A stretch of 64,000 nucleotides of DNA from positions 2,852,001-2,916,000 of the forward strand of contig NC_089431.1 of assembly GCF_026210795.1 (NCBI RefSeq), in the 5' to 3' direction. This DNA comes from Rhizophagus irregularis (Eukaryota). Of this stretch, positions 33,201 through 46,908 are shown in pieces; within the stretch, counting starts at the first letter, position 1; the number at the start of each line of letters is the position of its first letter. The notes beneath the pieces were generated by a model, which did not search any database, was not told the origin of the DNA, and worked only from the letters and a program-made list of their open reading frames with translations. A program made the position numbers and the translations under genes.

Positions 33201-35567
33201 AATAATCTCTCCAAATGAATCCTTAGAAAATTCTCTATCAAAAAATGCCCTAAACAATCCCCTTAATTAAAAAATACAAAAAATAATTTCCCTAAACGAA
33301 CTCTTAGAAAATTCTCAATCAAAAAATGCCCTAAACGATCTCCTTAATTAAAAAATTCAAAAAATAATTTCCCTAAACAAACTCTTAGAAAATTCTCAAT
33401 CAAAAAATGCCCTAAATAATCCTTTTAGTTAAAAAATTCTCGAAAATCCATTTTCTAAACGAATTCTTAGAAAATTCTCTATCAAAAATGCCCTAAGCGA
33501 TCCCTTTAATTAAAAAATACAAAAAATAATTTTCTCTAAATGAACTTTTAGAAATTTCTCTATCAAATGATACCTTCAGTTAAAAAATTCTCAAAAAATA
33601 ATTTTTCCAAACAAACTCTTAGAAAATTCTCTATCAAAAAAATTCTCTATCAAAAAATGTTCCAATGGTCCCTTTGGTTAAAAAATTCTCAAAAATAATC
33701 TCCCTAAATGAACTCTTAGAAAATTCTCAATCAAAAAATGCCCTAAACGATCCCCTTAATTAAAAAATTCAAAAAATAATTTCTCTAAACGAACTCAGAA
33801 AATTCTCAATCAAAAAATGCCCTAAACGATCCCCTTAATTAAAAAATTCAAAAAATAATTTTCCTAAACGAACTCTTAGAATTCTCAATCAAAAAATGCC
33901 CTAAACAATCCCCTTAATTAAAAAAAAAAAAGCGTTCAAAAAATGGAAAAAATTTACTCGGAACAAACTCTTAGAAAATTCTCAATCAAAAAATGTCCTA
34001 AATGATCCTTTTAGTTAAAAAATTCTTGAAAACCTATTTCCCAAACAAATTCTTAGAAAAATTTCTATCAAAAATGTTCCAAACGTTCCCTTTAATTAAA
34101 AAATTCTCAAAAACAATCTCTCCAAACGAATCATTAGAAAATTCTCTTTATCAAAAATGTCCTAAGCGATCCCCTTAATTAAAAAATACAAAAAATAATT
34201 TTCCTAAACGAACTCTTAGAAATTTCTCTATCAAATGATACCTTCAGTTAAAAAATTCTCAAAAAATAATTTTTCCAAACAAACTCTTAGAAAATTCTCT
34301 ATCAAAAAATTCTCTATCAAAAAATGTTTCAACGGTCCCTTTGGTTAAAAAATTCTCAAAAATAATCTCTCTAAACAAACTCTTAGAAAATTCTCAATCA
34401 AAAAATGCCCTAAACGATTCTCTTAATTAAAAAATTCAAAAAATAATTTCCCTGAACAAACTCTTAGAAAATTCTCAATCAAAAAATGCCCTAAATGATC
34501 CTTTTAGTTAAAAAATTCTTGAAAACCTATTTCCCAAACAAATTCTTAGAAAATTCTCTATCAAAAATGTTCCAAACGTTCCCTTTAATTAAAAAATTCT
34601 CAAAAACAATCTCTCCAAACGAATCATTAGAAAATTCTCTATTAAAAATGTCCTAAGCGATCCCCTTAATTAAAAAATACAAAAAATAATTTTCCTAAAC
34701 GAACTCTTAGAAATTTCTCTATCAAATGATACCTTCAGTTAAAAAATTCTCAAAAAATAATTTTTCCAAACAAACTCTTAGAAAATTCTCTATCAAAAAA
34801 ATTCTCTATCAAAAAATGTTCCAACAGTCCCTTTGGTTAAAAAATTCTCAAAAATAATCTCTTTAAACGAACTCTTAGAAAATTCTCAATCAAAAAATGC
34901 TCTAAACGATCCCCTTAATTAAAAAATTCAAAAAATAATTTTCCTAAACGAACTCTTAGAAAATTCTCAATCAAAAAATGCCCAAATGATCCTTTTAGTT
35001 AAAAAATTCTCAAAAAACCATTTCCCAAATGAATTCTTAGAAAATTCTCTATCAAAAAATGTTCCAAACGGTCCCTTTAGTTAAAAAATTCTCAAAAATA
35101 ATCTCTCCAAACAAATCTTTAGAAAATTCTCTATCAAAAATGCTCTAAATGATCCTCTTAGTTAAAAAAACAATTTTTCTAAACGGACTCTTAAAAAATT
35201 TCTCAAAAAAATCTATCTAAAAGTTTCTTAAATAAAATCCCTATTAAATATTATTCAAATGGACTTTTAAAATTTCTTAGAAAATTATTTATAAAAATTA
35301 TCTAAAAAATGAATTTAAATAAAAAATTTTAGTTGAAACGGATTATATATAATACAGTACGTTGTACAAAATAAAAATCTTACGTATTAAAATTTACATA
35401 TCGGGTACCTGATATGTGTAAGATAGATCAATGCCCGATATACAATATCAGTGACTAATAGCTTAGCTATCGGGTACCCGATATGTAAAAATACCCGATA
35501 TTTATCCGATTAGCCACCGATATATAGGTGCCCGATATGTACCCGATAGAATTGATTTTGACCAGTG
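30242..35567. mobile_element. Non-autonomous CMC/EnSpm (CACTG) transposon
   Basis: TIR of about 40 bp CACTGGTCAAAAT..TATCGGGTAC / GTACCCGATAG..ATTTTGACCAGTG, 3-bp TSD TTA, and subterminal ATCGGGTACC repeats in both orientations. Confidence 0.9.
31390..35200. repeat. Satellite with a ~59-60-bp unit, about 60 copies
   Basis: Unit AAACGAACTCTTAGAAAATTCTCTATCAAAAAATGCCCTAAACGATCCCCTTAATTAAAAAATTC(TC)AAAAAATAATTTCCC-like, with recurrent variants. Confidence 0.95.
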
Positions 35568-35880
35568 TTAGGCAAGATGGCATTTCGCCAAAAAGCAAAA
35601 TTCTGCTGAAACTATATTAAAGTTATATTAAAAAACTGTTGAAACTTTAGAGAAAGGCAAAACTGCCGAAACTTATTATAAATGCTGAAACTGCCAAAAC
35701 TCTGCTGAAACTATAATAAATCTATAGTAAAATTTTGACAAAACTAATCGTAGGATTTTGAAGAGGTTTAGACAAGCAACCTTAATCCAGATATGTATAT
35801 CAATTGGAATTTTACTTAAAAAGTACTTATTTATAATTTGATTAATTATGTCTTTTATACTATAAATAATTTAATCTATT

Positions 35881-36391
35881 CCCTATAAAAAATATTTTTG
35901 CCAAAATATACTTATAATAAACTTAAAATTTTATTTTATATTTAAAATATATTTAAAATTTTATTTTATACTTAAAATATACTAAAATAGGTAAAAATTA
36001 AATATCATTTAAGTATAATTTAAGTTTTTTACTTCAAATCACTCAAAATGAAGATCACCGTTAGCCAGAATTATCAAATTTTACTGGCACTCTATTTTTT
36101 TAATGCTGGTCGATCGTCATAATTTCAGTCATCGGTGATTATCACCCCTGGTGATAGTTAGAAAAATTCATTTAAGTATATAATAATATACTTAAAATTT
36201 TCTTATTTTAAATATTCTTAAAATATACTAAAATGGGTAAAATTTAAGTGTAAATTAAATATATTTTAAGTATATATTAAATACAATTTAATTCAAATTT
36301 TGTGAAAATTCAATTTTCAGTATATTTTAAGTATAAATAAGAAAATTAAATATATTTTAAATATATTTTAAGTAAAATTTTTTTTATAGGG
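35881..36391. mobile_element. MITE with CCCTATAAAAAA termini
   Basis: CCCTATAAAAAATATTTT / AAAATTTTTTTTATAGGG. TAT is duplicated if the TIR is extended by one base. Confidence 0.7.
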
Positions 36392-36697
36392 ATATTATAC
36401 AACTTTTAAATATCAGCTGCTATTGGATAATTTGCCAATTCTTGAAAAACTTAAATTTCTTAAATCTAATTTATATATCAAAAGCTTAATATACTATTTC
36501 TGTATTATGCATTATGATTTATAAAAATTTAATATATTTATATAAACATTATCATATAATCATACAACACATTTAATTCAAAAAATCATAGAAGCAGTAA
36601 AAGCCTTTGAATTGGATCCTATACCTTTTATTACATAACTTTTACAGTTTTTGTATTGGACTTTTTTTTTACTAATTGGTTCACTTATAGCCTAATA

Positions 36698-39600
36698 CAG
36701 CATAGCAGACATGCTTATATCACCATGCCGATCATTTTGCTGATCATATATATTTTTCAAACTTCAATAAACAATATCTCGAAATTCAGTCATCCAATTT
36801 TGATAAAGTTGTGCTCATTGGATTCGCCTCATCGAGACGAGTCAAATGGTGGTATTTTCATTAATTTTGGATCACTAGATGCCAAGATATTCACGATTTT
36901 GTATTTCTATTATGAATTATCACATTATATAAAATCGGCCGATCTGGCTTGGCTACACCGATATACATTTGGCCGGGCTATAAAAATTGATAAATTTAAG
37001 TTTTTTAACGATATAGAATAAAATAATAAACCTTTTTCATTACTAAAATTGATATTTATTAATTTTATATATAAATTTTTAGTATTTAATTAGGAAATTT
37101 ACTATTTTTAGACTTTAAAACTTTGTACAAAGCCACAGACTTTTAAGCCAACTCTGAAATTTTCATCATATATTTGTTAACCATTTAGAAATATATGGTG
37201 AAAAAATGGCATCCTAATTCGCTTGAAACCAAAAGTTACCTATATACTATATTTAGTCAATTTTAATAAATTTGCAATTTTTAGACTTCAAAGTTTTGTA
37301 CAAAGCCACAGACTTTTAAGCCAACTTTGAAATTTTCATTATATATTTGTTAACCATTTAGAAATATATGGTAAAAAAATGGCATCCTAATTCGCTTGAA
37401 ACCAAAACTTACTTATATGTTATATTTAGTCAATTTTAAGTAATATATGATTATTTGATTTTAAAACTTTATATATTTTCTAAAATTTATTTTTGTTTAC
37501 TATTTTAAAAATATAAGATAAAATTAATTATTTTAAAAGTTTTCTATGTGTTATATTTAATCAGTTTTTTTATAAATAGACAAAAAAATTGCTTTAGCAA
37601 AATTAGAAAATCCAATCCAATTTAAAATAAAAAAACAATATTTTTTTAAATACTTTCATAATTTTTAATTATAAAAAATGGATAACACTTCTACTTTTTC
37701 AAATATTTGCAATTTTGATTCCATTGAATGTAATGGAAGAATAAAGCCAATCACTTATAACACTAAAATACCAAAATCTACTGAATTAATTATTTCAGTT
37801 GGAATGTATTTATGCCAAATACATTACAATCAATTTATTTTAAATGAAACTAGAAATATTAATTATAATAAGAGTTGTGAGCATTCAAAACATGATGAAT
37901 ATAAAAATCAATCAAAAAATACAAAAAAAAAATCAAGCAAACTTAATCTTAAAAAGGTTCCAAAAAGATTAATTGAAGTTTTAGAATTAAATGAATCTTC
38001 AGAAATTTGTAGTATGTGTAGAAATAAAACTGATAAAGATTCTGAATATTTACAAAATGAAAAATACAAAGCACCTATTCCAATTAAAAAAAACAATTTA
38101 AATGATAATGATAATTTACAAGATGAATCAATAGAAACTATACAAGATGAAGTAATAGAGGCTATACAAGATGAATCAATAGAAGTTATACAAAATGAAT
38201 CAATGTGTTGGCATAAAATGAATCAATAGAAACTAAACAAATAAAAACTTGTCAACATCCAAAACATGATGAATACTTAAATCAATCAAAAAATACAAGA
38301 AAACAATTTAGTCTTGAAAAGTTCCAACAAGATTAATTAAAGTATTAGAATTAGATGAACTTGCAATGATTTGCAGTATGTGTAAAAAAAAAACTGATAA
38401 AGATTCTCAATATTTACAAACTGAAGAATATAAAGCACCAATTTCTAGAAAAAATAATAATGACAATATATCAAAAATAGGAAATCATACTTATTTATTT
38501 AGAAAAGATATCTTATATACTGGAGAAGAATTACAACAATTTGAATCAGATTATCAAGAAATTATGACACAATTAAAAATTTCAAGTGAAATTAAATTAA
38601 GTAGTAAAATAATAAAAATGTCTAATATTCTTTATAATAATCAACATAGATTAAATCTTAAACCTATTTATGATCCAATAGCTTTTAAAACTATGTTAGA
38701 AACAGCTGATAAAGATTTAATTGGATTTTTTGATGAATTATATGCTGGAACTAATCCTAATACTAAATCTGAAACAACAAATAATAACAACAAAAAAAAA
38801 TTAGTTTCTTTACGTTATTTTTTAGCTAGCATTAATAATAAATATATTAATGGAATTAAAGTTGATATTGGATCATACTTGGAAACTTCTGGAGCTTCTT
38901 CTTCTTCTATGATACATTGGCAAATATAGGAGTTTCAGTAACAAGAAAAACAGTAAATCGTAAAAAAAATTTTATTTCAAATGAACACCAACAAACTGTA
39001 GATAATTATTGTTTACAAAATATAGAAAATATGTTTATTCTTAATATAGATGATTACCATAATATTCATAGGCGTAATCAACCAACATTCGTTACAAACT
39101 CACAATATTTATCATTTTGTAACAATATTATTGAATACAAATACTAAAATTTCAAAAATACCATTTTATTCATTAAATAATTTTTCAATACATAATCCTA
39201 AAGGAATTGATTCTGGATTAATTATTAATAACATTAAAAATAATTTTATGAATCAATTAGGTAAAAGTTATTATATGCAAAAAGAATTATGGAAAAATTT
39301 TTTAATTGAAGATTCTTATGAAAATAGAGTTGAACTACTTAATATTCATAATTATGATGGTAGAATTCAAAATTACCATGAATTAAGATCAATGTCTAAT
39401 AGCAAATTAGTAGACTTTATTTTGCATCCTTTACATAGTATCTTAAGGATTATATTGAATGTTTAGATTATGTATTTAAAGCATTTGAAAGATTAGAAAA
39501 TATTGAAGAAAATTATTTAAATAATTTTATCATTCCTGTAATTGCTGATTGGCCAGGACAAGTAAATATAAGAAGAGCTATAACACTTAGAATTAAGAAA

Positions 39601-41261
39601 GGCATTAATTCTGGAGTTCCAGAGCAAGTGTTAAATTTAATTCCTATGATAGGTCCCACTTCATGTCTCTTTAAACAGCAGAGAAATACTATTTCAAACA
39701 TATCATTTCTTTTTTGAGATGCTATATCATAACTTATTTGGAGATAAAAAAATATTATCTTAAAAACCAAAACAAACAGTAATCAATCTTATTTTACATT
39801 TAACTTATCATGGATGGAAAAATATTCGTGATATTGTTACAAAAAGATTTGGAAATTTAAAAGATGCAGAATATCAAATGATGATAGATTTATTAGATAA
39901 TTCTATTCCACTTACTTTGGATATATATGCAATACTTTTTAGAAGTGGATTTTTTGAAGGATATTTAGAAAGTACTGTAAAAATTTGGATATTATTTCAA
40001 AGATTGAGAAGACATAATTATAATAAAGCACCACTTATGTTTTTAAGTGATGTATTTTATTGGACTTCAAAAAATCATCCAATAATTAATATTTTAAAAA
40101 ATAATTTACCAATTTTTAATGATTATTTTGTTGAAAATTTTCATAGCTCTTTAAGGCATCAAACAGCAGAATCAAATTCAGAGTTACAAATTATACAAAA
40201 AGCAAAAATTATTGATGCTGAAAAAAATAATAATCCTTTTAAAAATTCTTTTGTTAATTTGAGAAATCCAGCTAAGTCTCAAATTAAAGAATTAAAATCT
40301 TTAGAAAAAAAGGTTTCATTATTTTTATTCTCAATATTTGATAAGATTCATCAGAATATAGGAAATACAAAACAAATTAATAATGATAGATATCCAAAAT
40401 TTTATCTTCCAAGTTTTGATATTGAAGTTGATGTAGAAGTACTTCCTTGTATAATACACAAAAAATACCAAAGAGACGATAAATTTTGCGATGCAAATAA
40501 TTGTTTATTATCAAATAGTATAGATTTATCTAATGGAATTGTTTTACTTTGTGGACACAGTTTTCATAAAGAATGTTTAAGTACTTTATATGATGATAAA
40601 TGTAATTTTTGTTTTGATTATTTATCATCTGGAATTGAGAAAAATATTAAGAGTTTGGATCAAAGATTGTCGACATCATTAAAAGAAAATGAAATCCCTT
40701 TATTTGAAAAGGAAAATAATAATGATGATGAAAATGATGAAGAAGAGAATATTGAAAACATATTAGAAAGAACAGAATGTGATGTAGAAAATCAATATGA
40801 TATAATGTATCAACAATGGTTAAATTATAATGATATATAATTAGTATTAATATAATAATTTTTATTAAATTGCAAAAGTCACTTTATTGAAATTTTTTAA
40901 TAATAAAAATTAATATTTTATTTTGATTAATGAAAATTAATGAATTATAATTGTATAATTACTCCAACTAATAAGATAAATTATATAATAAAATAATTAG
41001 AAGATTCCGAATGCAAATATCTCAAGATATATAACTCCAAATTTTGTAAAATAAAGATGATCGGATTCATCAAGTCCTAAGCTTTCTAACAAGCTAAAAA
41101 TCATAAAATTCTGATCACTGGATGCTGAGATAACTGAGATTAACTTTAAAAAAAATCTAATATTAAATGTGATATGATAAAATAGTGATCAACAAATGAT
41201 CGGCAAATGATCGGCAAATGATCGGCAAAATTGTGATAAAATAGGGATGTCCGCTATGCTG
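36698..41261 (+). mobile_element. Full-length DDE DNA transposon, P-element-like
   Basis: TIR CAGCATAGC(A/G)GACAT, perfect 7-bp TSD CCTAATA (36691-36697, 41262-41268), subterminal GCCGATCAT repeats, and a ~175-bp internal direct repeat at 37105-37440. Confidence 0.85.
37678..40840 (+). pseudogene. Frameshifted DDE transposase with a C-terminal RING finger
   Basis: Consecutive ORFs carry LNIDDYH, VIADWPGQ, PMIGP(L)HVSLN and NDYFVENFHS, then LLCGHSFHKECL..CNFC. The N-terminal Cys/His module is duplicated. Confidence 0.7.
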
Positions 41262-41410
41262 CCTAATACATGATTTTATTCCTTTACAGTTTTTTTGAAA
41301 TATTCTTTAACTTAAATATATTTTGCTCCTCTATTTGTAAAGTTTTATCTACCATTTACAATAATTTTGTACACAAATTTTGTAAATAAATCTAAAATGT
41401 TTGTATATAC

Positions 41411-41560
41411 TAGAGCTCCAAAATGATTCGCATAAACTCGCATTTTTGACTCGCATAATTGTAAATTTTTGTTTAATTATATTCTAACTTAATAAAAAGT
41501 ACTTTAAAATTAAGGTTTTTGACTCGTGACTTGACTCAACTCAACTCATTAGGAGCTTTA
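41411..41560. mobile_element. hAT-type MITE
   Basis: TIR TAGAGCTCC / GGAGCTTTA with 8-bp flanks GTATATAC / GTACATAC. Confidence 0.7.
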
Positions 41561-42412
41561 GTACATACTAAAAAAGCTGTTAAAAATATTCCATCAATAT
41601 CACTATAATTCTCAAGTCTCAACCTCAGCCTTCTAATTTGCCTAAATTATCATATTTATCTTTCTCCTTTTTACCACTTCTGATCCAAGACAAGCTGTCA
41701 TGTGATGATGCTGATGAAAATTGGATTAGAAACTTGATTACTTAAGGATTAAATTGGTTTAATCTTTATTCAGATTTTATAAGTCATCTAATAGTACTGT
41801 TAAATAACTGCAATTTTTGCAGAATTGGATATAGATTTTAAAAATGGGTGTACAGTTTGTTATTTAATTAGTACAGTTGCATCTACTGTGTTTGAGATAT
41901 ATTATGGAGGATGATCTAGAAAGTGTTAATGTACTATGATTTTTAATTTACTATAACAACTTTTTAGGAGACTGTATAGCTTTATTTTTTAGTTAGTTTA
42001 TTTTTATTTTTCTTTTAATTGTATTGTATGTTCATTTATTGTAAAGTTTCTAGTAAATAGTAATTAATTTAATAAAGATAAAAGCGCTATGCCATGTTTG
42101 AACTAATTTGGCCAGCTTTTAATTTTGACTTCATGTATAGACAGTATAGTATATCCATCCTGTTTAATGATTGCAGAGTTTTTAAATATTAGATTTAATT
42201 TTAATAATAAATTCTATTTCCATTTGCAAAAAATAACTCTTTAATTATATAAGATATACTATTGATAGATTTTTTATAATATTCTAAAGAAATAACTTTC
42301 AATGTATTTTTAATATAATACAGTAATTTTATCAGAAAAATATAAGGAGTTTGCTATTTATCGCCGGCACCGGTGTCACGTGATTGTTTAAATTTGGCCG
42401 GAATTAAATGAT

Positions 42413-44154
42413 CTATGTAGAATATGAATCCAAAAGAGTAGACTCCTTCTCATGATTTTCAATATCATTACTCTTTGTTTTATCTTCCTTCGGTACCCAG
42501 GTTACGATTTTTATCGATGATCCATTCTTTTCTTTAATTTCGACCAAAACTTCACCTTTTGAGCCAGTAGTATCAATGTCAAACATGTATCGACTATTGC
42601 CAATTTCCTGGACATCATAACGGCCCAAATTTTGTGTTACAACAACTTCAAAGTCATTTCGATTTTCAAAATATTGTTTTTTATTCAATATATTAAACAT
42701 GAATCTATTCGAAGATTCTTGAAATACTTCAATAAGAGGTTGAGTTTCACCATTATCGAGAGGTATTGTTTGAGGCACAATTTTATTTTGGGCTTTTAAA
42801 GACGCTCTTGACACAGCTTGAAGAGATGATGCCAAATCAGAAGGAATAACTGACCACTCTGCATAATGCCAGATACAAGTAACAAACAAATAAATTATAT
42901 AAAAAGCCGCACAGGTATTAATAATGTTTTTAGAACTGTCAACTAATTTATCGAAATATCGAGACCGTTTCTTTGCACGTTCTTTATTAAGTCGATCCTT
43001 TCTGAATTCAATAGCACGTGAACGTAAAAGTTGTAAATCGTCGTAAATAGCTTGGTTGTCAAAAAAAATAAATTCGTTTACGCTCAAAACTTTTTTAGTA
43101 TATACAGTTTCCACCCATCTATGATCTCTTCTATCTTCAATCATTTGATCGGCTTTCCATGTAAATATTTTAATCCCATTGTCTTCGATCAATTTTACAA
43201 TTGCTCGACGTTTTTTTTCCCTTTCATTCGTGAAAGTAAGCTCATTATCACTCACGGTAATGATTGGTAATAAAGTAACTTTCTCTTGTAATTTCCTCAT
43301 TGTAAGTAAAAGTTCATTAGGGAAACGGTCAACATCCTGAGGTACGAAAACAATACATAAATCAACCAAATTGTCTAGATCATTCTCTGCAAATGTCTTC
43401 TGCAAGTATTCTGATGCTCTAGAGAAATATCCATCAGATCTATCCGTGAGATCAGCCTCATAAATTGCGACTCCTAAGTCCAGAAGGTATTCAAATTGAG
43501 GTCTACCATCTTCAGGAAGATTTCTTACTGGACATATAACAAGTCTCCTTTCTAAACCAATATCATTTGTTGGCATAACACCATCTGCTTCATCCCAAAA
43601 AATTTGCGACATACTTTCGCTTATTTTGGAGAAAATGCTATGTTTACATGAATTAGAAACATTTTGTCCAATATACATGACGCGAAAATTAGCAGGAAAA
43701 CTGGCAAGACGTTGAGAAGGTGTATCATCTTCGTTATCATTAATCTCAACTTCATCATCCGAATCTGAACCCGATTCTTCTCCTATGAATATGAAATTTG
43801 CAAATAATGTCCACAAATGAAGAGTGAAGGAGAAAATTCAAAAAGAAATGATTCACAATACAAGTAAATTACAAAAAAAGAAAAAATAAATAAATTACCA
43901 AGTGATTCATTAGCAAAATCAGCAAAATCTTCAATATCTTCGTTTTCTCGTGCTGGAATTTCAGGAATAGCATTGTTAGCATTAGAATCAATTGGTATTC
44001 TGTCAGAATCCTCAATAATTCCAAAATCTAAATCTTGTGAATTTAAATCTGAAGCATTGCGCAATGGTTCCTGATGTCTAGGAATCTGAAAAGAATCGAG
44101 TGAGGTTGCTTGGCTAGGTGCCATAATGGAAGCTGTTATTGATTCTCCTTCCAT
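42413..44154 (-). CDS. Host gene: degenerate septin-like GTPase fold + transmembrane helix, 2 or more exons
   Basis: Intron 43898-43783 (GT..AG) joins the 123-aa and 467-aa ORFs in frame (..SLG/EESGSD). FRVMYIG and VDLCIVFVP..TMRKLQEKVTLLPII resemble septin strands. Hydrophobic segment AAFYIIYLFVTCIW. Confidence 0.7.
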
Positions 44155-46908
44155 TAAAGCAAATTGTTCTTGGACTTTGATTTAGAGCGAAACGAATGAT
44201 TATGAATTCACGTGAATTGTAAAAAATTGGAATCTTGAAGTGCTGTTAAAAAGAAAAAAAGATAAATGGTTCGAGATTTGCAAAGTAGAAACCAAGTAAT
44301 AAGCAAGTTAAAAAGAAAAATATAATAAATAATATTTTCAGCAAAATCGAACAAAAAAATCACTATCATGTTATTAACTTTTGAAGTGTTCTGGGGCACT
44401 TAGAATTTACTAACTATTCTTTGTTTTAAGCAAAGCTTAGTTTATATTCATACTACTTCGCCACTCACATTCTCTTTGTTCACAATTCGACACAAAAAAA
44501 GAAAAAATTTTTGAAAAAGCGTAGAAGTGTTTATTATAAACTTTGTTTTTTATTCACTTTTAAACAATAGTTTAATGAAAAAAAAATTTTTTTATTACTT
44601 TTATTTAAATTAGGTACTTTATCTTGTTCACTTTACGCATACAATAAGAAAAAAAAAGTGGGAAAATGTAAAATGACACATGAGAACCTGGAAATAAAGA
44701 GAAATTAAGTCCGAACTTTTTATAGGTAGCGCGGAAGCGTCTCACAATGGATAAGATGAATAACGTACAGCAATCCAACCTTAAAAAGTAAACATGTGCA
44801 AATTATCCTTACAAGTATTTTGTTTATAAAACAGCAATAAAAAAAAGAATAAGATATAACATTCATGTTACTCATGTTACTAAAAAAAAAAATTTAAAAG
44901 TATTTAAATATTAATATATAAAATATAAAAAAAAACCCAGAAACAATTATTAAAAGTAATTTTTGACATGTTTTTTTTAGATTATTTCTATTTTTTTTAA
45001 CTTTTTATTTAAAGTTATATCAATTAAATATTACTTCAGTTTTTATTTAATTATTGTCTATTTATAATTACTACATTAAGTAAATCAAAAATTGGTAATA
45101 TAATCAACTTTCTTAGTCATATATTTGAAACAGTTTATATTAGATAATAACTATAAAGAAATATAATTAAATATGAAAAATTTCACATCATATAGGCGCA
45201 TTTTTGAAATTTGACATATTCTTTTACAGTTTCCAATAAAAGTAATGGTGGTGAGAATACTGCTTCTTAATTGGTTATAATGCTATTACTATTCCAATTA
45301 GATCATTACTTGTTATCAGTTATACCAAATTGAACAGTGAAATGATTATTTAAAAGCAACAAAAAAAAAGTAATTTCAAATATCTATTACAATTAAATTT
45401 ATTTATAAAGCTACTAACTTTTCTTAAAACAAAATTTTAGGTAATTTTTAATTGAACTGGAATTTTTTTGCATTTCTGTAAGCAATGCATTCTTCTTTTT
45501 AAAAACTTGATAAAATTTAAATATTTGTTATTCTAAATATCACACTAAAGCTATTTCTTAAAAAATACTGCCAAAATTAAAGTGACAATCATTTTGTATA
45601 TTTAATTTTCATTGGAATAACATACATTCTTAATTAACTAAATAATTTCTAGATTATTGTTAAGTTTTTTATTATAATAAATATATAAAATAACAACTCC
45701 CATAATGTTTGACATAATATGAGAATTTATCTTCCAATAATGAGTTTTTTTTGTTCATTTAAAGTCCAAATTTCAAGTCCTAATAAAAAATTTGAATTTT
45801 TTTTAAAGCAATATATTAAAAAAAATGATAATACAAAAAAAAAAGAAAAAAAAATTTCAGGTTATTTTTCAATTTATTTAGAAAGGAGTGATTGAGTGAA
45901 ATAATCTTGAAAATAACATAATTATTAATAGTAAAGTTATTTGTAATAATAGTATGCAAAATAAAGTTAAAGTATGCATTCACACAAATAGAGGTCAAAT
46001 TAAATATTAATTAAATAATAAAATATATGCATTTTTGACTCTTTTTCCCAAAAATAAAAAAATTTATAGCTTTATTATAAAATTTATGAGTTATATTAAA
46101 AAAAACTGATCACCATTACTTTTACTGCTGGAGTCTATACTTAGGACAATTTGTTAGATTTAATAATTTAATACTATGTTATTGATACACCTCTTACCTG
46201 GATCAATTGGTTAGATTTATTATAATCAAATTAATATATATTCCAAATTAGTATAATTAATTATATAAAAAAAGTATTATTTGTACAGTTTTAAAATATT
46301 ATTAAAATAAACTAATAATTTAGATCATATGCTAATTTTAAAATATATGTGATATGTCAATTTGATTTACAACAGATTAATAAGACTATTTTAAAATACA
46401 CATATATGTTTTAATAATATATATATAATAAATATATCTATTATTTACTTTTTCAAAATGTAATATTCTGCATTTATTATAATTAAAATATAATAAAATT
46501 ACAAATTAAAAATTACTAAAACTGATTATTATTATAATATTAAAAGTTTTAATTAATATAAAAGTTATTTTACATCTATTATTAAATAATTATTATTCAT
46601 AAAATAGAATTACTTTTTTAATTACTTTTTTTGATAAAACTTTTGAAGGTGATTATTCTTTATTATTAGTATTATTTTTTTCAAATATTTCTTATTTTAT
46701 AATTTATCTATTATTTAAAATTTTTTAATAAATAAAGTTGTTTTATTAATAATATAATTTGTTAAATTATTAGGTAATAATTATCAATAAAAATAATTGG
46801 AAATATATTAGAAATTTATTAATAAATATATTCAGTTCTTTTAATAATTATATATATATGATTTGCTATTTTACATTTTTTTAAATTTTAAATATATAAT
46901 TAATTTAT

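Larger units (their letters stand above)
30212..35784. mobile_element. hAT-type MITE split by the CACTG element
   Basis: TIR TAAGGTTGCTTG / CAAGCAACCTTA with 8-bp TSD ATCCAGAC / ATCCAGAT. Confidence 0.8.

Noticed and set aside
31860..33257. ORFs 31860..32048 and 33075..33257
   Set aside because: Chance open frames within the 60-bp satellite.
36656..37021. 121-aa ORF containing LDSPHRDESNG
   Set aside because: It spans the TSD and TIR of a transposon and reflects a non-coding subterminal DNA motif. The same applies to ORFs 54828..55234.
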